64,000 nt of DNA. Origin: Podarcis melisellensis. Lineage: Eukaryota. The stretch lies in the NCBI GenBank assembly GCA_964234715.1, contig OZ174283.1, one strand, 5' to 3'. The notes below the pieces were generated by a model, which saw only the letters and a program-made list of their open reading frames with translations, had not been told where the DNA came from and searched no databases. Position numbers and translations under genes: made by a program. This document shows, piece by piece, positions 27,257 to 38,499 of the stretch (its first letter is position 1; every line of letters begins with the position of its first letter).

Positions 27257-27620
27257 ATAAGAACATAGGAACAGTCTGCTGGAACAGGCCTCTGGCCCAT
27301 CTAGTCTAGTGACCTATTCTCACAGTGGCCACCCAGATTCATGTCAGAAATCCATAAGCAGGATCTGACCACAACAGTGGCATAATGTGGGGGGTGCAGG
27401 GGGGGCGGCCGCACCAGGCACATCATCTGGGGGTTAGGGTTAGGGGCGCAAATCCACGGGTTGGGGGCGCAAATTACTTGCCTTGCCCCGGGTGCTGGCA
27501 ACCCATGCTACGCCACTGGACCACAATAGTAGTTTGTCCCCCACTCCCACGGTTGCCTGCAGCGGGTATTCAGAAGCGTTATTCGCTACGAGCATGAAGG
27601 CAGAGCATGCCCAGCATAAG
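27257..27620 (-). mobile_element. CR1 3' UTR fragment interrupted by a MITE
   Basis: ATAAGAACATAGGAA tail and GGCCCATCTAGTC...TTCTCACAGTGGCC motif; continues after 27526. Confidence 0.7.
27375..27518. mobile_element. hAT MITE (144 bp) containing TTAGGG repeats
   Basis: TIR CAGTGGCATA / TACGCCACTG; perfect TSD GACCACAA (27367-27374, 27519-27526). Confidence 0.88.
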
Positions 27621-29027
27621 ACTCCTGGCTTCCAGAATGATACTGGCCCTGTTGCTGGGGCAACACAGCCAACAGAGAGCCAAGTCCATTAATAAAGGAA
27701 AGAGGAAGCAGAAGCCATTCAAAGAAGATGAGAGCGCCTATGAGAAAGAGGCTGAGAACTGGCAGCTTTCAATTGACCCGATCAGGCAGGAGCAGCTTGG
27801 AATTTAGGGCTTGTTGACAATAATATTGTAGGTACTGATTGAAATAGTAGAAATAATTGCCTTATGCTACTTCCTCTACATCTTACTTTTGGTTACTGTA
27901 GTTTGTTGAGGTGAAGTTACTTTAATATGTTATAGAAAGACTCCCATAAGGTTTATTAATATCACTTCGATATTACAACAACACTTTTACAACGTACCGT
28001 AGTTTAGCAAAAAAAATACTTAACCTCTACTGATTCATTCCCGTTGAAGTTTGGAGGAACCAGACAAACTTCAGTGTAAAGGGTTTTTACAGGTGTACCT
28101 CCTTGACAAAAACAACAATATGTCAAGAGCATGACACAAATACTTTTCCATGTGATCTACTGCTTATAGTGTCTTACTAGGATAGGGAAGGCTTAGGTTG
28201 AAATTACTGCTATCCATGAAGCTTGTTGGGTGACCTTGGGCCAGTCACTCTCTCTTCCACGAACCAACATCAATAAATACAGATAACACACACATATATT
28301 AGAGGATTTTAGCCATGTTTTGTCTGTGTGTTGTTGTTTTTTGCACAATGCTTGGATAATTGTTTGATCAAGCAAATAAGAAAAATTCTAAATAATAAAA
28401 TTTGTATGTGCCCATTTGAACCGCCCTCCCTAAAGAAGCTCTGGCTGACTGGCTGGCAGACTGGCTCATTGTTTCAGCAAGCTTTTGGGAATTGACTGCT
28501 TTTAATGAAAGTGCTGGTGCTGTGCTGTTTTTATTGTAATTATTTGTATGGTTTTATTAGAATGTCAATGTTTAATTATTTTTTTTAATGATTCCTTCCC
28601 CCCAGCTATGTTTTTAGCTGGTCTTATTTTTATCTGTAAGTTGCCTTGAGTCCCTGCCAGGGAAAAAGGTGGAGTATAAATAAATGAATATTTAACAACA
28701 ACAACAAGATCCAAGCTCGCAACCTTTTCCAATAGCGTAACTGCCATTCTTTAAAAGGAAAACGCATCCACATGTGTTAGGCAAACATAACTGATTTATG
28801 ACAAACACTGGTAAGTTTCAAAACAAGTCAGCTTAAAACCATGTGTTACAAATCTGGCTTGTTGTTGAAACTAACCAGAATTTGTTGTAGCTGTGATTCC
28901 TGGTTCATTTGTAGCTTGTTGCCCATTTAATGCCATGCTTTAATGTTACTTTAGTGTTGCGAATGCAGGCAGTATCATAACCAGTAAAAAAAAGTTGCTT
29001 TCAACTAAACCTGATATGTGTTTTGTT

Positions 29028-29424
29028 AAGCCCTAAATGGCCTTGGCCCAGTATACCTGAAGGAGCATCTCCACCCCCATCACTCAGCCTGGCTATTGAG
29101 GTCCTCCTCTGAGGGACTTCTGGTGGTTTCCTCCCTGTGAGAAGTGAGGTTACAGGGAACCAGGCAGAGGCCCTTCTCGGTAGTGGCACCCGTCCTGTCG
29201 AATGCCCTCCCATCAGATGTCAAGGAAATAAATTACCTGACTTTTAGAAAACATCTGAAGGCAACCCTGTTTAGGGAAGTTTTTAATGTTTGATGTATTT
29301 ATATTTATCGTGTTTTTAATATTCTATTGGGAACCACCCAGAGTGGCTGGGAAAACCCAGCCAGATGGGTGGGGTATAAATAATTTATTGTTGTTGTTGT
29401 TGTTGTTGTTGTTGTTTTGTTGTT
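29028..29424 (+). mobile_element. L2 LINE 3' fragment
   Basis: ALNGLGPVYLKEHL...QGTRQRPFSVVAP.L.NALP peptide, 3' UTR CCCAGAGTGGCTGGG...GGGGTATAAAT, (TTG)n tail. Confidence 0.85.
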
Positions 29425-29919
29425 ATATTAAAAATGTAGCCTGTGATAAATGTATTATTTACATTCTTAGTCTTATGGTTGCTTTCCAGTGGAGCCATTG
29501 AGTAGTATTCAAAGATGAATTTGAATAATTCATAAATAATGTGTTAATTATTGGAACTCGTTAGAAGATTGCCAATTACTATAAACCACTAACGAGCTAA
29601 TTGCAATGCAAAAGTAAACAGAAATGTTGCCAATGCTGCCTTCAGTGAAAGCAAGGCCTACTTAGGATGTTATTTTTGGCAGCAGAGAAACCCTGTTCAC
29701 AGTTTAGAAAATTCTATTAGAAGCATTTTTCCACCCCATCCCTAATCTCGGCCAGGGATTGCCAACATTATACTGCCCTGATGTTGCTGGATTCCAGCTG
29801 TCATCAGTCTGAGCCAAGATGGCCAATGGTCAGGGATGATGTGAGTTGTAGCACAGTACCATCTGGAGGACCATGGGCTCCCTTCCCCAATGTGAATTGA
29901 CCCAAATAATTCCCTCTGT

Positions 29920-30103
29920 ATGCAGGAGATACATGCTTTAGATACAAAAGGTCCCAGATTCCATCCTTGGCATCTCCAGTTAAAAAATGATCAGCTAGGA
30001 GGTGAAAGAGATCTCTGACAGACACTGCAGGATCTCTGCCAAGAAGAACTGAAACAAGATGAAACAAAAGCCTGGCTCTGTACAAGACAGCTTCAGTACA
30101 TTG
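29920..30103 (+). mobile_element. Squam2-like SINE (degraded)
   Basis: AAGGTCCCAGATTCCATCCTTGGCATCTCCAG head; similar to 22030-22232. Confidence 0.55.
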
Positions 30104-31444
30104 ACCCCTGAATCCTTTCCTGCACGGGGAGAAATAGGGGATGCGTGTGTCTTGCAGTTTCAGAGTAACTGCAAGATGTTTCACTCAGTCTGACCACATC
30201 ATGGAACAAATGGAGGCATTCCCATTCCTAAACTGCAAGGGGTTATGGCCCTTGCAGCCCCTTCCAACTCTACAAATATGTGATTCTGTGAAGCCAGGTC
30301 ACTGCACAAAAAACCATGTAGATTTGCAGGACAGGTTTATGTGATGGTAATGGAAATCACTGGAAGCACTGGGCCAGACTGGTAGATTTCAATCATATAC
30401 ACCAACAAGGTGCCTTCTACAACTCCCATCATGCTTGATCATTGGCCTCACCGGTTGGGCATCATGGGAGTTGTAGTCAACAGTTTCTGGAGGGTGCAAT
30501 CCCTGATATGCATGCTTAACCTGGAATTAAATCCCATTGAATTAATCTGTCAGTTTTCCAAATTCAATCTGCATTTTTGTCTGTCTTGTTACGCAGTTAG
30601 CACTTCCTATTATCCAGTCTTCCCTAGCTCTAAATGCTTTGGGTTTCTGTGGCTGATATTCTTAAATATGGTTGCACTGGATTCGTTACCAAGTCTATTC
30701 TATTCTCTTTAATTGTGTCTTGCTGCCATTCAGAAAGTCTGCATGCTCTTTAAAACACTTAGGAAGCACATTTTTTACTCTTTAAGAAGCTGCTTTTAAA
30801 GAATGCTCTTCCAGAAATTTTTTGACATCCATATTATACAGTAATTAAATTTAATGATCCTAATTGAATAATATTTAGATATGTAAAGCCATAAAGGGGG
30901 TTGGAGATCAGGCAATTTAGCCAAAACAAAGGTAGTTGTTCCCTCCTCCTTTTCCCCTTCCTCCTTCCTCCGGCTTTTCCACCTGCTTGGAGAAAGCTCT
31001 GTTTCTTCAGACAAGCCTCATAATTACCCTTCTGTGCCTGATCTGAGCCTCCAGGAAAGGCCCACAGCATCTGTAAAGCTGGCAGCAAAATGGTATTTCC
31101 AGGCAGGCAAAGAGCTGCAGGGTAGGAGCCAATTCATGGCTTTGTCTGAGCAGCTGAGGACTCCAGCCCAGTAATACCATGGTGTACAGTAACACAGACC
31201 TGTGCCATGAGCAAGTAAAGGAGCAGGCCAGTGTCGGGGCCAATATTTATAGACCACTACGTAGCAATTCTAGAAAGTGGGAGTGAGAGAGAGAGAGAGG
31301 GAGAGAAAGACATATGCAGAAGGGAAATAAGAGTAAGCATGGGCTGAAAGGAAGCTTAGATTTGCAGCAGAGTTTTGCATTTCTCTTGCAATTAATTTTA
31401 TTTACAAATGCAAGCATCTAAGTGTTGTTGTTTTCACTTACCAG

Positions 31445-31529
31445 GTTTAAACTGCTTTTCAATGGTGAATCATAGCAGTCTTGCTCCAATGACGAAGGAG
31501 AATTCTGGGGTAAAGGAAGGATTCTAAAG
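31445..31529 (+). other. Candidate non-coding (5'UTR-like) exon of an unidentified host gene
   Basis: ttgttgttttcacttaccag acceptor and AAG|gtatgt donor; 85 nt; stops in all frames; TE-free context. Confidence 0.4.
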
Positions 31530-33678
31530 GTATGTAACTGCTCTTTCAGTTTCACCTTTCACATCGCCTCGCTGCATGCTGTGCCCTTTTGAGAGCTGTG
31601 CAGCCATAAGCAGAAGCCCTGTGGTCAGTGGCTTCTGCTGTCCGTTGAGTTACAACTGTTGTTGTGAGTGTGGCTGCCTTTGCAAATAAATCATATGAAG
31701 ATGGAGAAACCTTAGTTGTGCACTCATTAAGGCACTTGAAAAGAGGACATGTCTCCATGTCATGAGTGAAAGCACTCATCTTTTAAAAACACACATTTAC
31801 TTATGTGTACTTTGCAATTTTCTGCTTTCAAGTATCCATCTTGACAAGTCATTTACCTGAATATGCGTGGGTGCACCTGCAAGTAGTTTATATACATCTT
31901 CTAACACCTCTTTTAAACAGTCTAGAGTCGAAATGAAAAGAAAAAAAGGGTGGGAGTCAATGTCTGCATGCTTGTAGTATTCAGACTACCGGTATATGTG
32001 TTGGTGGCCTCTTTGCTTTATAATGTATGTGCTGTGTAGGTCTGATTTCTATTGCTGATGTGACACAGGTAAGGTACTGTACGGCGCTAAACCTTTATCT
32101 ATCTGCAGTATTCTCACCAGGTACTTTTCTTCTCGCCAAACTCCAGTAAATTCACAGTAGGTAGAAACATGTCGGTGAGAGATCTTCAAAGAAGTAAGTG
32201 ATGGATTCAAGGAGGGTTCTGGTTCTCCTTTTCCTTTAAAGTTCAGACACATACCTCCCCATTTTCATACATGAGTGGGGTGAAACCAGGTTTAAACAAA
32301 TGAGTCTCCTTTTGCCATGTGTGGTTTCTGCTGCCTTGTGCTGTCTGCCAAGCCTGCTTGTACAATTTGACACTGCAGGAGTGGGAGAACAGCCGATAGC
32401 AAAGGTCTTTGCAGGACATAAAACGTGTGTGTTTTTCAGGATTATGCAACGAATATGCATTTCTAGGCTAATAGAAGGAAATTAAATTTCATATACAGTA
32501 TAGTGCATGTGTACTTATAACCTTCGGAATCCGTTTACCGTGCATGCAGTTTCTGTGTACTTTATTCAGGGTATACATTAGAAAAAACCAGAATGAAATA
32601 ATACTTGGGAAAGGGGGTGTGTGATTATTTTAAAGGCTTTTCCTTCCAGCAACAGCATGCTTAAGTATAGAAAATGCTTTTTTAAAAGGAATAATATACT
32701 TTTGAGGAAACTTGTTTTCAGTTTCCATTTGTCACAGCACATATTTGTTTCTTTAAGGAGGAGAAGCAGAAGTGATTAGAACTTGTTGTTTTCATTATTC
32801 TGCTATACGTAGCCAAAGGGAAGCTTGTGTATTTTCCCTGTTGGAAATGTGCATCATGCCCAGTTTCAGGCAATGTGGTTCCCGCATCTGAAAGGTGGTG
32901 CTATTTACTATATTTCAAATCTCACATAGATGTGATAAACTTAGGACCAAATGTTAACTAGTTTTAACACCACTGCTGGAAGGGAAAAGTAAAAGCCCAT
33001 CTCCACGTTCGCTCCGTTCCGGTTACTGATCACATCCACCCACACTCACCGGCTGATGCAATTTGCACTTAAATAAAACAAAACCCCTGCATGCTAAATG
33101 TAGACATCATTTATAGTTTAGCCCTTGGTAGCTCACCTCAGGCAAGCTATAATTGATAAACCAAAGCTGGACTTGGACAGTTCAAACAGAAAATGCTTGT
33201 AGTGCAAAGTGGGAATAGGTTGGGGATTATGAACTCAGGACAGGGAAATGTCTACCCTATTTTGTTGGGCGAAGGGCTTCAGCAAGTTTGGCATCAAGTG
33301 ATTGTGAACAGAGCTACAGTGACTGTACCTAGTAAAAGCAGGATCGATGAATGCAATTCAGTTATTGAATAAAGTATTTGTTTATATTTTCCTAAGTTTA
33401 TGAATGCAGAATGATGTTGGGTCTCGCAATATTGAGCGCATTGGTGGATATCCTATAATTAGAGGACTTCTCTTGTTTTGTTTTGCTATACTTACATTAT
33501 AGAATGTTTTAGTGATTGTATGCATACTAGAAATGAGAGCTGCATTTCTTGTGCTTATTTTGTTTTATTGTTTTGGTGTTCCGATATTGATTGATATTAG
33601 GATTATGACTGATTCACATACACAAAACAAAAAAAATTCCTTCCAGTAGCACCTTAAAGACCAACTAAGTTAGTTCTT

Positions 33679-33718
33679 GGTATGAGCTTTCGTGTGCATG
33701 CACACTTCTTCAGATACA
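33679..33718 (-). ncRNA. Minimal type I hammerhead ribozyme of the Penelope pLTR
   Basis: RNA GUAU-CUGAAGA-A-GUGUG(CAUG)CACAC-GAAA-GC-UC-AUAC: complete core, stem I GUAU/AUAC, stem II, palindromic AGCU stem III. Confidence 0.8.
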
Positions 33719-33897
33719 CTGAAACAGAAGTTTCCAGACCCTTCTATATAGTGAGAAGGTGGGGAGGGGTATTACTCAGAAGGGTGGTGGGAATGGGTGA
33801 TTGGCAGATAGCTGTGATGATCCTGTTGACGACTCTTAACGACTGCAATAGGTCTTACAAGAAAAAGCAAGGGGTGAGAAGGTGAAAAGTGGCTTTG

Positions 33898-34404
33898 TCA
33901 TGTATAATGAGATAAGAATCCAATGTCTTTGTTCAGGCCAGGTTTCTCCATGGTTTTAAGTTTGGTGATAAGTTGCAATTCAGCAGCTTCTCTTTCCAGT
34001 CTATTTCTGAAATTCCTTTGTAGTAAAACAGCTACTTTGAGATCTTGTATAGAATGTCCTGGGAGATTGAAGTGTTCTCCTACTGGTTTCTCTGTTTTGT
34101 GATTCCTGATGTCCGATTTATGTCCGTTTATTCTTTGGCGTAAGGTCTGGCCTGTTTGTCCAATATAGAGAGCTGAAGGACACTGTTGGCATTTGATGGC
34201 ATATACAATGTTAGACGATGAGCAATTAAATAGTCCTGAGATGGTATGTGTGATGTTGTTGGGGCCAGTAATGGTGTTGTCTGGGTGTATGTAGCAGCAA
34301 AGTTGGCATCTGGGTTTATTGCAGGCTCTGGTGCCAGTGTCCGTGTTAGGTCTGGTTGTAGTATTATTGTGGGTTAGGAGTTGTTTGAGATTGGGTGGCT
34401 GTCT
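33898..34404 (-). pseudogene. Penelope GIY-YIG endonuclease coding segment (168 codons plus TGA, lacking its natural start)
   Basis: Manual translation: RQPPNLKQLL...CNKPRCQLC...NIVYAIKCQQCPSALYIGQTGQTLRQRINGHKSDI...VGEHFNLPGHS...REAAELQLITKLKTMEKPGLNKD...YT*. Confidence 0.9.
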
Positions 34405-36524
34405 TACGCCAGACCTTACGCCAAAGAATAAACTGACTATGACTATGGCAGACCAACGCGGCTACCTATTTGTAACTCACATACACAAATGCATATTCAC
34501 ATACATAGGTTGTTGACAATACTAAATACACAAAATAAATTATTCCATGCCATGCCAGTTGTAGACTATAATCTGTGCAGATTAAAGTGAGCTGATATGT
34601 GGGCTGGAGAAGAGAACAACAAAATGTTCACCCTGGATCACTGGCCGGAGTGAGGGGGTGATAACTAGTTAGTTTGGTCTGATAAGAAAGATTCCATGTA
34701 GTGAAGGCTATTTTTATCTGTAAATTGAGATTTAAGAAACCTCAAACCAGACTGTTCAAATGATGCTGCTTCTGTTGTCACTGTGCATATTTGCCCACTC
34801 CATAGCTCTAAGGCTAGAGCTGGTAAGTATGCCTTTCCTTAATTTTGTGCCTGTCATTTGCACTGCATGCAAGTGTTGCTTAGTTTTAAGAAAGGAAGGG
34901 AGATTAAATATTTCTTTTCTAAGGGTCTGTAAGGCTGCATTCGCATGGCAATTTATTCTGTTTTCATGACTTTCCCCTAGCTGTTAAGTCAGGCATTATA
35001 TTTGATCTTTAACGTGACACAAAAGCCACCTCTGTTCGCTTTTGAAATACTGTCCAATCTGTTTGCTTCTCAAGGTGCAGCATAGGTGAGTGAGGAAGGA
35101 GCGGGGTTTTTATGTTCTTCAGGTGTTCAGTTCACACAGCAACCAGGAAGACAGAATTGGCAGGGCAGCTTTTCTCCTTTAAAGTGTGAGTACCCTGGTG
35201 AGGCTAGGGCTTAGGCTTGTTTATGATAAATCACCCCTTGAGAACAGCCTTCTCTCTCAGCAGGGGTCTAGCTATACTAATTTTTCTATATCCTTCATGG
35301 TCCAGATCATGTTACCATAAGACCATATGTCAGCATATCCTTTGTTTGGTGCCAGAGCACTGAGGCAGGAACTTTTGTTGAAAACTGAAATAATCCAGCG
35401 AATTGCCACTATTTATTATTGCATAGCACCCTACTCTCTGAAGTCTAAAGTGTAAAGTATGACTTTTAATTAACAAGCACATTGTCCCTGTGCCTCGACT
35501 TGGAAAATTGCATATCAGCATCCATAATGGTTAGCTGGCTATGCCTACCTTCCCAGTGATTATATAATGCCCTTAGCCTTCTCAGCTGTCATTTTTTGGG
35601 GGGTTTTCTAAACTGCATTGCTAATTAACAAGCTATGACAAACAACCAAATATAGTTGTGTGCTGTTAATACAAGAAATGCCTGTATTCCATTTTGTGCC
35701 TTCCTATCTCAGTCACCTGCATGGCTATTGACATTTACTAATCTTTTGAAACGTGATTTACATGTTTATTGTCGGCACTCTGCTGGTAAATCAAGTTTGG
35801 CAAGTCAAGTGGTCGGCTGGAGGAAGCAGAGTGACCTGGGACACAGAGTTCTGCTAAAACCTTTTGAAGGCTATTGAATCTACCCCCAGCCTGCCCCCAG
35901 ATTTATAATGAATCTCATTACAAAGTGAACAACCTGGTTAGCTATTAATGGGAAGCCTTTGAGGAATCGAGAGCTCCTTCTTTGGATCTAGGTTGTGAAA
36001 TACAGTAGCTAAAGGAATAGCTAAATGAAGAATGGAAAGGGTGGTATGAGTGGGGAGGGAGAAGAAGCAGAAATAAGTATGTGTCTTAAAGGAGGAGGTG
36101 CTGCCATTTTCTCCTTTGTTAATTAAAATTTAGGGAGGTAGTGCTCATGGAGTTAATTTCTCTCTTCAGACAAGGTTTCTGAAAATAGTGGGCTGTTGTT
36201 GTTTTAGATAATACTGAGTTTTTTTAGATGGGGTAATATTGGATTTGATACTCTGCTGATTATTTCATGCCACAAAAGGGGCATGCAAGAAACAGGCCAA
36301 TGGGCACCATGTTGGAAATACCTTTGGGTTAAGCCACCTGGAGCCTATCTGTTCTGCAGGAACATTTTGTGTGGTGTTTCCTTTTCATCTCATTGGAGCC
36401 TCCTTTCATCTCAACCATGTATAGTTAAACATCTGTCAGTGATGACAGATGGGGGATGTTCCCAAGGGCAGCCTATTAGTCTAGAATCCCTATGAAGGTT
36501 CCTTGCTTTAAAAATAATATACCC

Positions 36525-37047
36525 AGATGGGGGAACATCGCGGCAGGGCAGTTTCAAACAAATATGTTCTCTCCCAAGCCCACATTCCCAGCGTGTTTGC
36601 ACTTCTGTCTCAGTGGTGTCTATGCTGGCTTGGTCATGTCTACAGGATGGAACATGGCAGGATCCTCAAGGACGTGCTCTATGTGGGGCTGGCTTGAGGC
36701 ACCAGACCCATTGGCAGACCAATATTGCATTGCAAAGGTGTCTGTAAAAGTAACATGGAGGTTGGCAGCTTCAACCCTTGCAGACAACCAGGGTGCCTGG
36801 AGACAGATAGTCAGGTCATGTATCCATCAGCAGTGACCAGAGGAGGAATGACTACTGGGAGGAGTGCAGAGAGAAGAGATGCCGTGGTGCATCTGCAACA
36901 GCACAACCACATGCTTTCATCGGCCCCTGCTGCAACAAAACATGTCTCTCCCGTATTAGTCCCTACCGCTGCAGCAACAAGTTGACTTAACCACCAAAGG
37001 CACACTCCTCCATTGCCTCCCAAAACAGACGGATGCCAACAACAACA
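36525..37047 (+). mobile_element. RTE-clade LINE (non-Bov-B) 3' fragment
   Basis: WLGHVYRMEHGRILKDVLY motif; ends GACGGATGCC(AAC)n; homologous to 50615-51180. Confidence 0.85.
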
Positions 37048-37109
37048 GATGGGGGTTGGCAGCAACCCCACAAACCATAGATTAAATTTCAATGTCATTT
37101 AATTCTATT

Positions 37110-37290
37110 ATATTTTATATGTACCCCACCTTTCCTCCTGGGACCTCAAGGCTCTTCCTCTCCCCATTTCCTCCTCCCCATTTCCTTCCTCCTAACTATG
37201 GTAACTGGCCCATAGTTACCTAAATAGCTTCCTGTTTCTGTAGGGATTTGAACCCAGGTCTCACAGCTTCTAGCCCAAGCCACTATGCAT
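37110..37290 (-). mobile_element. Degraded Squam3/MIR-like SINE
   Basis: CCCCACCTTTCCTCC...CTCAAGG tail and GGGATTTGAACCCAGGTCTC (reverse B-box). Confidence 0.5.
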
Positions 37291-38499
37291 TAAGGCCCAC
37301 TGGTGCTTGGTGGCAGAGAGACAGAGCATAGTCTTTCAGGACCTGGTGTTCATCAATCAAAATGATCTTGGGAGACAGGAATAGGAAAGACCGCTCCCTC
37401 TGGGCCCTTGGGGAGCTTTCCTGTCAGTTAGTTAGATGGATGAATGGTCAGTCTAGATAGATGAATAGGCTGACTCAGTACAAGGGAGTCCCTTATATCC
37501 AGTCTGGTCATGGGTGGGTGGGTGGAGGGCTAGAATTCATGACTGGCTCCAAATGTTCTCTGTTTTGGTTTTTAAATCCTCTTCTGCCTCCTAGCCCACC
37601 CATGGCCATCCTGGTGGCTTAACAAATCAATACCAGTGCGAAAGCAAAATGCCATCACCAACAGAATGCTGCCTTTGCTGTTTAGCACAAGTCCAGCTCA
37701 AGCGTTGCTATGTAAGACCTCTAGCATCTTGATCATGTAGACTTCAATGGTGATCCACAAAGCTTCTTCGTGAGCCTACATGGGCTTTCATGAGTGCTGT
37801 GGTTCCTCTTACCTCACCTCTTAACAGTGGCTTTCCATCTCTGCAAGATCATTTAGTTTTAAGAGCAGTGTGTCATGTGACCAAGTGGATGTGTCATTGG
37901 GGTTTCAACTCAGGGATGTGCTTGTGGATCTCCTTGCATGCCCCTCTATTTTGCTGTTTTACTTTGTCTTGCATTTTGCTTCTGCCGCTTTTCAAATGAG
38001 ATTTTGATGGAGACTGAATATGCTTCGGATTGTAGGCTAACTTTAAAACCAAAATAATTTTTCGACTTGGTGACATTTCTCTGACCCTCCTGAAAACAAA
38101 AATATGATTAAGCAAAGTGTATACATTTATTTGTGGCTTAAACAAATTCTGCATACTCCCTCTTGTGGCTAGAATTAGAAAAGGAAACTATGTCTTTTTA
38201 TTTTTGTAAACCCAGGAGTAAAAAAAAAAAAAAAAATCGAAAGCAGCAGTTTTTCTAAGCCCCTTGGCCTTTTACCATTGTGGATATACTAGTCATTATG
38301 GGAATCTTGACAAAGAAAAATACTTTTTGGGTGGTGAGCAGGAGACACATTGCCAGGCCGCTTGTATCTTGTGCTTGTAATAACCTACATAAAAATCATT
38401 CCTAATTACATATACAAATGGGGTAGCTCTGTTCGTCTGTTGCAGAAAAAGCAACACTGGGTTTTGTGGCATGATCACATTTGTGATGGCACAAGCTTT

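Larger units (their letters stand above)
33627..34476 (-). mobile_element. Penelope-like element (GIY-YIG type), truncated and rearranged
   Basis: GIY-YIG coding region, pLTR/3'UTR with hammerhead motif, 13-bp TSD TCACATACACAAA (33614-33626, 34477-34489). Confidence 0.92.

Noticed and set aside
27607-27807. ORF with a charged, protein-like tail (KQKPFKEDESAYEKEAEN)
   Set aside because: No convincing splice sites or recognisable family; begins in a CR1 remnant
31179-31286. Short ORF MVYSNTDLCHEQVKEQASVGANIYRPLRSNSRKWE
   Set aside because: Not recognised as any known N-terminus; cannot be supported as CDS, and no host gene symbol is assigned
34981-35085. 105-nt segment with good acceptor and gtgagt donor
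   Set aside because: Stops in all three frames and no other support; possibly a non-coding exon but indistinguishable from a pseudo-exon
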